This document shows, piece after piece, positions 1 to 12,849 of a DNA stretch of 64,000 bases; position 1 is the first letter of the stretch; every line of letters begins with the position of its first letter. This stretch comes from Macrostomum lignano (taxonomy: Eukaryota). A program made the position numbers and the translations under genes. Location of the stretch: positions 234,016 through 298,015 of the forward strand of contig NIVC01001391.1 in the NCBI GenBank assembly GCA_002269645.1, given 5' to 3'. The notes beneath the pieces were generated by a model that saw only the letters and a program-made list of their open reading frames with translations, ran no database searches and was not told the DNA's origin.

Positions 1-50
1 CTCAGCTTCAACTCGAGTCAGGCGCGTTAACCGCTGAGCTACTCTGAGAA
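1..50 (-). mobile_element. Degenerate tRNA-like (SINE head?) fragment truncated by the window edge
   Basis: Minus strand reads CTCAGAG-TAGCTCAGCGGTTAACGCGCCTGACTCGAG..., with an A-box-like TAGCTCAGCGG. The D and anticodon stems pair poorly and the rest lies outside the window. Confidence 0.3.
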
Positions 51-1730
51 AATCGAATTTTGATTGACAGGCTGGTCTGGGCGCTGTTGGCGAAATGCGT
101 TGTTGCATTTTCCCACGGAGCTTTTAGCTCGTATTTCCTGTCAGATAAAACCGAGGCACGATTCTGTTTGCATCTCATTTCTGGCTGGCTGGGTAGGCGG
201 GCCTCTCATCCTCTCGCTTCTCAGCTTCTCAGCGATGCTTTTGTCACTCAGTTTTCGCGCTGGCAGTCCGCTGCCTCTCCGGCAAACAATGCGCCGGGCC
301 GTCTCGGCAGGCTGAGTGCCGTGGGCGACAAAAGAAGAAATTCATGCAGCCTCCAACTCAAACAGGCTGACTGGAGCTGCTGCCCCCCCCCCGTGAACTC
401 AGCAAACAATGCGGGAGCAGCAATTGTCCCAAGCAGGCTGGGGCGGGCGCTGCTGCTGCTGCGGGAGGAAATTTCCCGATCGATAAAATGCTGCAAAAAC
501 TTGCGGAAGAGATGGAGGGGATGCGGATTATGCTGGGAATGAGTTGCTGTCGTCTCTTCTCTCCTGCCCCAGCTGTTTTGCCGCTGTCGTCACTGGCAAC
601 GGATAAACAAACGGGGCGGGCCGTACAGGCCGGGAGAGGCGGTACAGCCTGGGCCGCTGTCTCAGCTCCCCGGGCTTGGGCGCTCGCATCCTTGTTGGCA
701 TGGAAACCAGGCGGGAAACTGGGACGAAAGGCTTTTAGAGTCGCTGCATTCTGGCAGAAATTTCGCGGCTCGCGTCCCTGCCGCCCCCCCCCCCTCCCCC
801 CAGCGGGTGGAGAGGCTGCAGCTGGGGTGGCGGGGAAAACAAAGGCTGGGGCAGCATTTAACCGGGAGCCCGCGAGCCCGCTGGGAGGCCGGCGGAGGGC
901 GGCAGCGCGGGAGAGCCAGGCGGAGCCGCAGCCGGTTTGGCGGCCCCTCCGCCCGTGGAGCAGCTCGCGGCCAGCTGGAGAGGGTGAGTTCGACTGCTTG
1001 CTTTGTTGCTTCATCTCCCCCCGATCCCGAGCTTCAAGCTTCGAAACTGTCGGCTATAGGCTCTTGAGTCCTGAACTTCCGATTGAGCTTTACTTCCACC
1101 TCTCTTGATGGCAGCGATGTTCTTAATCTTCCTTGCTCATCTTGAGATATGGTTCTCGCCATACCCCGGTACGGTTCTCTGCTCATCCGGTGCACCTTGA
1201 GCTGTAGCAAAACTTTCGCCACTTTTTGCCAGCCTTGCTTACCATAGAGAAAAGCTATACGTTTGTTTGGCAAACATATCATGTTGGATTAAATTCATGC
1301 GTGTAAGCCTAAATGGGCTGCAAAAAGCTGTACTTTTATAATATACAAGCTACACCCATTAGTGTTGTGTTGTAGTTAAAATTCATGTAGCACTGAGTGG
1401 GGATTTGCCACAGACAGTAGCTATCGGCGGGGCGGGCGAACAGAGTTCACGAACCGGCCGTCCAATAGTCTTTCGGCCATAGACATTTTCACTGTAGATC
1501 ACTGTACAGTGATCTTATGTATCTGTACTTGTCCTCCGAGGTTCTCTGGTTCAGAATGCGGATGTCGATTTTCTCTGAAATTTCAGGTCGCCAGCTGCGC
1601 TGCGACGGCCCCCGGCTGAACGACACGAGGCCCCAGCGGTCCACAAAGCTGCTTTACCGTTTTCTATGCGGCCTGCCTGTGGCTGTTTTACTTGTATTTA
1701 CCTGCTAATGCGCCTTGACTGTTACTTTTA

Positions 1731-4700
1731 ATGCGACAGCTTATGTTGTTGTTAATGTTTTCTTTTTTCTCGCACCGCGCATACGTACTGAGGAGTATTA
1801 GTAGTATGTGGAGTAACATACCGTATTTTTGCTCACCATTGCAAATGACAAAATATTTAAGTTCAGCATAGAAATGACGGTTTGTAATCCATTTGAATTA
1901 TTGCCACTCCGCGCTGGTCTGAAGAACCGAGCCTAATCGCCTGTCCTGCTCTCAACCATTTCAGAGACGACCACGACGTCAACAACAACCACAACAACCA
2001 CAACAACTACAACACCGACAACAACCACAACAACTACAACACCGACAACAACCACAACACCGACAACAACCACAACACCGACAACAACCACAACACCGAC
2101 AACAACCACAACACCGACAACAACCACAACACCGACAACAGAATATGGCACATTGACAACAGTAACAACAACAACAACAGACACCAGCACAACAATAGAC
2201 ACCACAATAGTCACAACAACGCCAAACACTACTACAGTAGAGTTTAACACAGAAACTCTGAGCCACACAACAACAGACGCAACAGCAGGCACAACAACAG
2301 ACACAACAGCAGGCACAACAACAGACGCAACAACAGGCACAACCACCATCACGCAGACGACCACGTTCGTGCCGCTGACAACTTCCGAGTCTGCAACCGG
2401 TGCTACTACCAGTACTACAGCTAGCATAAGCTCGACAGCGACTTCCATTCCTTTGACCTCTTCCGCAGATACCACCACAGTCAGCACGGTGCCGCCGACC
2501 ACCACTCCGTACATCCCGAAGCGAGCGTTCCCGCCAGTCAGGGAGAATCGCTACCGTGAGTGCTGAACCTGATTCTGTGGCCTTTACAACTTCTATTTCA
2601 AACTAGCTATCAAATGGTCGACGAAATTGAGAATTTGCTCTTTATGAATCTGAAATTGGTATTAACTAATTAATAACCCAGCGTCAGTGACTAAATATAA
2701 GTTACTATGCAAGCAGGGGTTGTAGCTTAATGGTTAGAGCGTCGGAATCACGACTGAAAGGTCGTGGCTTCGATTCTCGACCTGGTCGGAACAGGACAAG
2801 ACACTTAACTCTGCATTGCAGGTTGCACATCTGCCATTAGGGCAGGTGTCTCCAGGTGTAAACTGGTTACGGGTCTCCGATATGACGAATTTGAAATCAC
2901 AGCCCATTCCCATGCACAAACGCATTTCAGGCATCAATTACTGGGCAACTTGCAACCACTACTGGCAGTTCAACAGCGACAAGAAGTTTTACGACAACGG
3001 CGCCTCAAATACCTTCGTTCGCGAGCAGGTTAAAAAGAGGCGGAAGTCCTTCAATGACAAATGCAATAACTCAATGACTGGCACGGCCTCAGGACTTGAC
3101 ACCAGCTGCTGCGTTGACTGCCCGGACGAAGACCTGACCGTGAACGTGCCCGGCTTCACCGAAGCTGACAACATCACTAACGCCCTCAACGGCGAGCTGT
3201 CATTCAAAGTGAGCCTGGAAACCGGCCTGGACGCCTCCGACAGCAAGGCGGTGAAGTGCGTCGGAACCAGCGACACCTGCATCACTCTGGGCAAGCTCGT
3301 CAATGACGCGCCGTACGGCCGCGCCTGCCTGCAGGAGCCGGAGAAATGCGACTATGGCCTGAGCGCCTCCGTTTGGGTGAACTTCACCTACGATACAGTG
3401 CTGAAGGAGGTCCTGCTGTCCACGCGTGAGCTCATAACTGGCCTTACTTCATGACTGGAACGGAGTATGTACATGCCTGACAATGAGAATGGCATGAGTG
3501 TGTACATGCCTGACAATGAGAATGGCATGAGTGTGTACATGTCTGACAATGAGAATGGCATGAGTGTGTACATGTCTGACAATGGGAATGGCATGAGTGT
3601 GTACATGTCTGACAATGAGAATGGCATGAGTGTGTACATGTCTGACAATGGGAATGGCATGAGTGTGTACATGTCTGACAATGAGAAAGGTCCTGGAGCT
3701 CTGATCACAGTTCTAAGCATTATTCGCGCCCCACCGCAGTGTCTGACAGCGGCCAGGGCTTCCAGTTCTATGTCGAGCTCGGCAAGCTGACAGTCCTGGT
3801 GGTCGGCGCCAAGGGCCGCTGGATCGCCAGTGTCGACAATTTCGACATGAAAGTCTTTAAATGGCGCCTCCTCGGCTTCACCTGGGAGAGATCCACCGGC
3901 ATCATTCAGGTGAGATTCTGTGCCTGCATTGTGCAAAATTCTGTGATTTTCGAACGCAAAAATCTAGCGACATCATCTGCCCTCAATCATTTCAGATCTA
4001 CATCGACAGCGATGTCAGAACATTCTACTATTCAGCGACCTACTCAGAGCCCAACGCGCAGGGCCCCGCGGCCACGGACATTGTGATGGGCTGCGAGCTG
4101 ACCCCGACCGGCAGCAAGAGCTTCTTGAAGGCCATCGTCATCCACCCGGCCATCTGGCTGTGGCCAATCCAGCAGGAGAATCTCATCCTGCTGACCGGAG
4201 CTCTCGGTGAGCTGATGTAGAGACTAGATCCGCAGAGACTAGATCCACAGAGACTAGATCCGCAGAGACTAGATCCGTAGATACTAGATCCGCAGAGACT
4301 AGATCCATAGAGACTAGATCCGCAGAGACTAGATCCGCAGAGATTAGATCCACAGAGACTAGATCCGCAGAAACTAGATCCGCAGAGACTAGATCCGCAG
4401 ACACTAGATCCGCAGAAACTAGATCCGCAGAGACTAGATCCGCAGAGACTAGATCCATAGAGACTAGATCCGCAGAGACTAGATCCGTAGATACTAGATC
4501 CGCAGAGACTAGATCCATAGAGACTAGATCCGCAGAGACTAGATCCGCATAGATTAGATCCACAGAGACTAGATCCGCAGAAACTAGATCCGCAGAGACT
4601 AGATCCGCAGAAACTAGATCCGCAGAAACTAGATCCGCAGAGACTAGATCCGCAGAGACTAGATCCATAGAGACTAGATCCGCAGAGACTAGATCCGCAG

Positions 4701-7700
4701 AGATTAGATCCACAGAGACTAGATCCGCAGACACTAGATTCGCAGAGACTAGATCCGCAGAGACTAGATCCGCAGAGACTAGATCCGTAGAGACTAGATC
4801 TACAGAGACTAGATCCGGAGAGAGACTAGATCCGCAGAGACTAGATCCGCAGAGACTAGATCCGTAGAGACTAGATCCGCAGAGACTAGATCCGCAGAAA
4901 CTAGATCCGTAGAGACTAGATCTACAGAGACTAGATCCGGAGAGAGACTAGATCCGCAGAGACTAGATCCGCAGAGATCAGATCCGTAGAGACTAGATCC
5001 GCAGAGACTAGATCCGCAGAGACCAGATCCGTAGAGACTAGATCCGCAGAGACTAGATCCGCAGAGACCAGATCCGTAGAGACTAGATCCGCAGAGACTA
5101 GATCCGCAGAGACTAGATCCGCAAGGATAATACGCATCGCCACCCCCGCCGCCTCCGCCACCAGTGTACAAGCTGATCAAGTACCAGGCCCCGGCCACGA
5201 CCGCCGTGCCGACCACCGCGCCGACGCCGGCCTTCCCCTACTCCAGCATCCTCAAGGAGGCCCGGCTGGACGCCGGCGACCCGAACCCGTTCTACGCCAT
5301 GGCCGACTACTACCTGAGAGGCTACGATCTCCAAGGCAACGTGTCCGCAGCAGTCAACAACATCACCGTGACGGAGGAGAACAGCCGCAACAGCACGGGA
5401 CTCGCGCACTTCAAATTCACCAGCACGCCGGCCATGTTCACAATCAGCGGCTTCGACACCGTGTGCCTCGGCAACAACGCCAGCTGCACGAATGGCGGCA
5501 TCTCGATGTCCATGTGGATCGGGCCGTTCCAGCAGCTGCCGACCATCATCATGGAGGTGATTCGATTCAACGTCATCTCCGTGACGGTGTGCAACAGCAG
5601 CAGCGGCGACGTGACCCTGCGCGTTCAGGCGGGCGCTCGGCAGATCACCGCGCGCATCAAGTTCAAGCAGTGGACAAACATCGGCATCGTGTACGACACG
5701 CGCGGCTCTATCCCGGTGCTGACTGGCTACGTGAACGGCATCAACGTCGGCAGCACGACAGAGTTCACCGGCAGCCCGCTTGATACTCACCTGGGAAAGG
5801 TGACTCTGGGCTCGAGCACCGCTCCGATCGGCGTCCTGTTCAACGACCTGGCCGTCTGGTACCACCCGCTAGAAGACTTTGAGGCGCACAGGTTCCTTGG
5901 CTACACCCGTGACCAGCTCAGGCACATCCGGGAGTCCACCTTCTACTGGACCACCGACGAATTCGTGCTGGCGGACGGCATCGCCTTGAACGGGCCGTCG
6001 AACTACCGCCTGAAGTCGCAGTACCGCCTGAACTCGGCCGGCATCATCGGCAGCGCCATCAAGTTCGAGCCGGACCGCTACAACAAGTCAATGGCCACCA
6101 GGCTGGACGGAAACTGGCACGGCCAGATCTTCCTGGGCAACGAGTTCGCCAAGACCCCCACGGAGAAGAGCATCATGTGGTACGGAGAATGCATCACGGA
6201 TCCCTACCAGCGCCAGTGCCAGATCAGCGGCCTGTCCATGCACATGTGGATCAACATCAAGTCGATTGACCCAATCAAAAAGCAGTTCTTCTTCTCGTCC
6301 GGAGATCTCGGCGATGCCCGGTCGTCCACGCTGGATTCGCGCGGGATCAGCCTGTTCACCACCGGGAACCTGCTCGGAGTTTCTCTCTCCACCGACAGAA
6401 ACGACTGGGCCATCGTGATTGACAGCAACAGGTACGACCTCAACGAGTGGTTCAACATCGGTTTCACCTGGCGCGAGCAGGAGGGCATGCGGCTCTTCCT
6501 CAACGGAACCGACTACGGAATCAAGAACCTGCACCCCGACGTGAGCTACAAGGCGTACGACAAGCACACCCGGGCGGTGATCGGCAGGTTTGACGACGAT
6601 CAGAACAGCACCTGGAAGTCCAACTCGGAGTGGGTGATGGGAAATTTCGCCTTCAGCGACGTTGTGTTCTACGACAAGTGGATGAGTCCGGAGGAGTTCG
6701 CCCGGTCGGTGGGCAGCATCAATAACAGGTACTACGCTTCCGCCGACCTGTTGGTCTACGGCGAAGACGTCATCGACACGGACTTCCCGCTGATGAAGCA
6801 GGCGTGGCTGTACGGAGTTCCCATCGGGCCGAACGGCTTCGTCAGCAGCTACTCGGGCTACGCCATGATCAACACCAACGGCGAGGTCGGAGTGAAGGCC
6901 TACAAGGCTAACGAGTGTCCGCGAAGCCTCAGCGACTGCAAATTCCAGGTGCTGCTCAGCACTTGGATCCAAGTGCGCAGCAAGGCCAACGACACGTCCT
7001 TCACTGTGCTGTCACTGGGCAGCGAGAGCGACAGTAAGGAGGGCTTCGGCCTGAGCATCGCCAGCGACAATACTCTACGCGCCTGGGTCAAGCGGTCCGG
7101 CCAGAGCTACAAAATGGTCACGAAGTCGGGCGTAAAGGTGCGCTTGAACCGCTGGCTGAACCTGGGCCTGCTGCTGAACAAGAACACCTTCTACCCGACC
7201 ATCTTTCTGAATGGCACAAACGTGAGCATGAGCTTGGAGTACACCAGCGTGAACCCAGCAGTGTCTGACAACACCGCTCCCGGAACCCTGAAGCTGGGCG
7301 CGAATAACGCTGAAGCGACCTCGTCGGGCTCCTTCCTGGCTTACATAGTGAGCGGCTGGTACGGCGCCACGGTGCTGAAGAACCACATGAACCAGATGCT
7401 GGGCATCCAATCCAGCCAGTACGAGCTCATTGGCATGTCCGATGAATTCTGGACCGTCTCCGGCCTGTGGAACTCGCTGCAGCCGCGACCATTGCAGGGC
7501 GTCAACGTGCAGTTGGACAATGACAAGTACGACATGGAGAGCGGCGCGATGTGCACCACCGGCTCGGGCGGCTCCTACATCTCTTTGGGTGACCTGCAAG
7601 ACTCCTGCCTGCAGAACACTGCTCCCTGCAAAGCCTACATTCTGACCATTAACTTTAAGCCAAGGATGCCGACAACACCAGGCAGGAAGTACGTGTTCAG

Positions 7701-10700
7701 CTCTGGCGGGCAAAACGCTGGCCACCTCGGCACAGCGATCTCCATTAGCAGCGAGGGCTTCCTCATCGCCACTGTCCGCAGTGCAAACAAGACCTGCGAG
7801 GCGATGGTCCCGTTCAACTACACAGAATGGATCCAGCTCCAGGTGCGATGGTACAGCGAGGCGGCCATCGCGATCAAGGTGAATGAGGAGACCATCTCCA
7901 GTCGGGTGGGCGCCAACTCCACCTGCTGGCAGGAGTGGAACGACAATGCCACCTTTTCCGACGGACAACTCGGCAAGGTGAACAACAACGTCACAAACGC
8001 TCTCTCCGCCTGCTTCAGTGAAGTCATGTTCATGTACCAGTTGCTGGGCAGCTCCGGCTCTCTAGACTTGAACGTCGGCCCGGCGAACTGCTACGAGCAG
8101 CAGACGGTGCATGTCCCGCTGTACTCAGCCGGACAGACCAACTACGCCAACAAGCCGAACCAAAGTCGGCTCTTCAGCCAGAAGGAAAGCGTCGACATCG
8201 GCACGGACGCGTGCTTCTTCACCGCCGCCGGCTGCCCGGAGGGCGTTGTGCTCTCCTTCTGGCTCAAGGTGGCGAGCGGTCTGAGCGTCAACACCGAAGT
8301 CGAGGTGTTCAACACCGGCTTCGATGCCGCGCAGGGCGTGCAGGTTAAAATCATGAAGGACGACAACAAAGGTTTCATCATTGTGGCAGATGCCAACCTC
8401 AATGGCAAGTCCCGCCGCGTCGAGGGCAGCAAGCACCATGACCAAGTCGCATTCGACACGTGGGTGAATGTCGCGATCAGCGTGGGCTCCGACGCCATCG
8501 AGCTGTACCAGAACGGCATTCGCGTCAGGGCTGCGACCAAGTTCAGCGCCCGCGACCTGCCCCTCCCGACTGGCTCCACAGTCAGCTTTGGCAGCCCGTC
8601 GGTCCAGATTGTGGCGAGCGATCTGGTGATCTGGAACGAGTCGCCGCTGAACTGTCTGGACCCGAACAAAAACAGGAAGCTGATCACCGGCGACTGCTCA
8701 ACGCCGACAGCCACACTGGAGGCCAGCTGCATGCCCGAAAACGCCAGCTCCTGCATGTCGGCCATCGAGAACAACATGTGCCTGGACCCGCGCTTCGACA
8801 ACGTCGCCGTCATTGACCTGAGCGGCCAGCTGTTCTCTAGCTTGACTGAGACCGAAACAGCCTGCGGAGTGATCTACAACACGGCTAAGACCAAAGGCGT
8901 GTCCCAGGGATTCATCCAGTCTTCGCTCAACATCCTGACCCGCGTCTGCGACAACCTGGTCATTCCCAGCACGGTGGACAACGACACCTTGTTGGCTACG
9001 GTCAAGGAGTTCAGCCGCGCGTTCAGCGCCGTCCTGGACCCCAAATTCACCGACAGCTACCGCGGCCTGGTGGACAAGGGCGCAATCAACCCGGCGACGA
9101 TCTTCGCTTCCATTGAAAATTTCGCCATACGGCTAGCTGGCAACGTGAAAACCGATTGCTCGCCCGTGTTGCTGACGGAGGGCGGGATGCACTGGAGCAC
9201 GCAGAAGATCGGGCCCGGCTGCTCAGGCAAGGAGAACAACCGGATCGGCTACTACGACAAGACGCACAAAAACTGGAAGAAGACCAAGGACGCGGTGCAC
9301 ATCCCGAACTTCCTGGCTTCATCGTCGGTCTCCGACTTCCTGATGGTCTGCGTCGTTTACGACGGCGTTGAAAATTTGCTCTCGTACTCGGCTACCAACG
9401 AAACGACCTACTCGAACATCGTCAACAGCACCATCGAGCTGAAGGTGAACAGCCGCGTCATGTCTCTATGGCTCAGCCTGCCGGTGTCGCCCAAGCCGGT
9501 GAACTTCACCCTCATGCTGCTGGACCCGAACCTCAAGAAGAAGGAGGGCACCTTGAAGTACGAGACACGCTGCGCCTTCTGGCACCCGACTGAGAACAAG
9601 TGGTCCACCGAGGGCTGCTACAAGGACTCCGAGGACGAGGACTCGGTGAATTGTCGCTGCGACCACATGACCAGCTTCGCCATCCTCATGCAGCCCGTGC
9701 CGCAGGCTGAGGACAACATCCACGCCAGGATCCTCAGCATCCTGACCTACATCCTCATCATCTTGTCGCTCATCTGCCTGCTCATCTTCATCATTGTGAT
9801 TGCCTGCAGTAAGAGGCTGCGCGGCGAGCGCTACATCATCCATCTGAACCTGGCGGGCGCCCTGTTCGTGGCCCAGCTGGCCTTCCTGTTCACGCAGATC
9901 GCGCGCGACAACGCGGACTTCTGCAAGGCGATCGCCATCATCATGCACCTGTTCTTCGTGGCCACCTTCGCCATGCTGTTCATCGAGTCGCTCTGGGTGT
10001 TCTACGCCGTCACCAAGGGCATCATCCGCGGCCGCCTAAAGTGGTGGCTGCCCGTGGCCTGGCTCATTCCCGTGGTCATCGTCGGCATCGTCGGAGGCAT
10101 CAACAGCGGCGCCTACGGCGGCCCCCACTGCTGGATCACCGGCGTCTACATCTGGGCCTTCCTGGGCCCGCTCGTGGCCTTCGGCTGCCTGTCGCTGCTC
10201 GTCTGCCTGATCGTGGTCTGCAACCTGAGCGAGCCGGCCATCAAGCGGAAAGATATCCTGAACGACCTGCGCAATCACACGCACCAGTGCGCCTTCCTCA
10301 TCCCGCTGATGATCATCGCCTGGCTGTTCGGCATCCTGCTGGTGCAGTGGTACAACATCCCCATAGAGTACTTCTTCGTCATCTTCAACGCCTCCCAGGG
10401 CATCTGGGTGTTCGTCTGCTTCGGCCTGTTCAACCCGGACTTCAGGGAGGTCATCTGCCTGCGCCGCAGCCGCTCCAGCGTGGCCTCGTCCTCTGTCAGC
10501 ATCACCGGAGTTCAGGACATCGTAAGCGCCATCATACCACTCTAGCCACTAGAGCATTTAGCTTCAAAGAGACTCCAGTGACAACCTCTCACAGTCAGAT
10601 TAGTACATGTACTTGAGTTCACTAACTAAAATAACTAAATTTCTGCCCGCAACGCCCACCTGCAGAACTCCAGCAAGACCAGCTTCGAGACCGGCAGCCA

Positions 10701-10989
10701 GGTGGCCATCGTGCCCAAGAGCGCCTCCTCGCCGAAGCAGAAGGGGAAGAAGCCGCAAGAGCAGCAGCAGCAGCAGCCCAGCGCCCCGGTCTATTACTCC
10801 GGCAAGCCGAAGAAGCAGCAGCGGGACTCGGACGATGAAGAAGAGACCTCGAACAGCCGCGCCCGCCTGCAGGCCGGCTCCGCCCGCTCCCTGCGCAGCA
10901 GCAGCGCCAACCTGGGCGTGGAGACGGAGGCGGACAGGCCGGGCACGCCGCGGACTGAGAAGTTCACGCCGCCTGGCACCGTGGAGTGA
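1731..10989 (+). CDS. Adhesion GPCR (ADGRD/GPR133-GPR144-like architecture): signal peptide, Thr-rich mucin stalk, six LamG/pentraxin-like repeats, GAIN/GPS, secretin-type 7TM; ~2406 aa. Exons 1731-1803, 1965-2555, 2931-3425, 3740-3909, 3996-4206, 5165-10521, 10666-10989
   Basis: All junctions are GT-AG and phase-compatible; total 7221 nt = 2407 codons. GPS motif CAFWHPTENKWSTEGC...CRCDHM/TSFAILM at ~9570-9690, followed by seven hydrophobic segments. First exon (MRQLMLLLMFSFF...) is the least certain part. Confidence 0.9.
2716..2875 (+). mobile_element. tRNA-derived SINE in aGPCR intron 2 (Meta/CORE-like central domain)
   Basis: A-box TAGCTTAATGG (2723-2733) and B-box-like GGCTTCGATTC (2766-2776), followed by CAAGACACTTAACTCTGCATTGC...CCAGGTGTAAACTGGTTAC, which resembles conserved SINE central domains from memory. 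Confidence 0.6.
3466..3690. repeat. 33-bp minisatellite (~7 copies) in aGPCR intron 3
   Basis: Unit ATGAGTGTGTACATGTCTGACAATGAGAATGGC. Confidence 0.95.
4217..5122. repeat. 15-bp minisatellite filling aGPCR intron 5
   Basis: Unit AGAGACTAGATCCGC with variants; begins ~10 nt after the donor at 4207. Confidence 0.95.
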
Positions 10990-11724
10990 GCAGCTTGAGC
11001 ACCGAACTCGGCCGGGATTGGGGGGCTGGCTGGCTTGAAATATCGAACAGAAACTCATCAAGGATGTTGTTTGTTTATTGAAAATCGATCGCACAATAGC
11101 CGAGTTGGTTTTAATTTTGAGCAGCCGCCAATCCCGGTCAATAAAGACCGACAAACATGAACTCTGTTTCTCTGTGTGACTCGCTGTGTCCCTGCTGTCA
11201 TTAAATCTCTGACTGATCCGTGTTTTTTCTCTGGCATTCATTTTGTTACAAAGTGAATTTTCGCTTATTTTTCAAACCAGTTATACAATATTAATAATAA
11301 ATGTTCCCGTCTCTCTCTCTCGCGCCTCTGTCTGCTTTTTGTTCCTACTTTGTGAGCCTCGCAAAGTAACAAACCGTTTGCGCATGGGAATTTATTTTTA
11401 CTGCTTGCACCTTTTCACCTGTCAATTAGATGTGCGAAACCCCCACTTCTATCCGAGACCCTGAGAAATTTACTAATCAACTTTTTTTTCTTATTTTTGT
11501 TCGTCAAAACTTTCTGAAATCACCGATGCGATCGTAAAACACATTATCCTGCCCCCAATGCGAGCCTCGTCTGTGTGAAAGTGTCCTAAAGAATAAAAAA
11601 TTTATATTTCAAAAATATACATATATAATATTCCACTGATACATTAGATTGACAACCTATGTTTCTACAAATAAAAATATGTATTTTTTAGTTTATGATT
11701 TGCTCATGCTTTCCGAAACGAATA

Positions 11725-12470
11725 TCTCATTCCCCCTGTCTCCTTCTCACCCTGTCTCCTTCTCACCCTGTCTCCTTCTCACCCTGTCTCCTTCTCACCG
11801 TGTCTCCTTCTCACCGTGTCTCCTTCTCATCTTGTCTCCTTCTCACCGTGTCTCCTTCTCACCGTGTCTCCTTCTCACCCTGTCTCCTTCTCACCCTGTC
11901 TCCTTCTCACCCTGTCTCCTTCTCACCCTGTCTCCTTTCTCACCGTGTCTCCTTCTCATTTTGTCTCCTTCTCACCCTGTCTCCTTCTCACCCTGTCTCC
12001 TTCTCACCGTGTCTCCTTCTCACCCTGTCTCCTTTCCCACCCTGTCTCCTTCTCACCCTGTCTCCTTCTCACCCTGTCTCCTTTCTCACCGTGTCTCCTT
12101 CTCATTTTGTCTCCTCACCGTGTCTCCTTCTCACCCTGTCTCCTTTCTCACCCTGTCTCCTTCTCATCTTGTCTCCTTCTCACCGTGTCTCCTTTCCCAC
12201 CCTGTCTCCTTTCTCACCGTGTCTCCTTCTCATCTTGTCTCCTTCTCACCGTGTCTCCTTCTCACCGTGTCTCCTTCTCACCCTGTCTCCTTTCCCACCC
12301 TGTCTCCTTCTCACCCTGTCTCCTTCTCACCCTGTCTTCTTTCTCACCGTGTCTCCTTCTCATTTTGTCTCCTTCTCACCGTGTCTCCTTCTCACCCTGT
12401 CTCCTTCTCACCCTGTCTCCTTTCTCACCCTGTCTCCTTCTCACCCTGTCTCTTTCTTACTACCGTGAGA
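11725..12470. repeat. CT-rich ~16-bp minisatellite
   Basis: Unit TCTCCTTCTCACCCTG with variants. Confidence 0.95.
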
Positions 12471-12849
12471 CTTTCTACTTTCTCTCCCCTCATTCCCATC
12501 TTGCTCTCACCTCTATCCCTTTCTCCCCTGCCTCGGTCTCCGCTATCACAGTCAATAAACTGTCAAAATTCCCGTCGCGGTAAAAATCGCCACACTCCCG
12601 AAAACTTCACTCATATTTCTAATAAGTTTACAAAACTTATTTCGAGTTCAACAGAATAATTTTAACTTATAGTCACTTCTTTGCTTCCAATCCTACAAAG
12701 AATTGCATTTCAGAGAACTGCTACTTTTGGGGTTGTTCTTGCATCCAGAAAACTTGGGTTGCAGAGCTTGCAGTAAAAATTTTGAAGGAAAATATTTTCG
12801 TTTTTTGCTTTTGGCGAATGAATGAGATGATGAGAGCAAGGGATGAGGA

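Noticed and set aside
60-1282. Overlapping 80-218 aa ORFs on both strands and a possible ATG/41-nt-intron/55-codon minus-strand gene at 1034-1247
   Set aside because: GC-rich sequence gives ORFs in many frames; no recognisable motif or exon-like codon bias. More likely regulatory DNA upstream of the aGPCR.
5113-10616. Antisense and alternate-frame ORFs over the aGPCR large exon
   Set aside because: Expected shadows of GC3-rich coding sequence; likewise over 4E-T, thioredoxin and the transposase.
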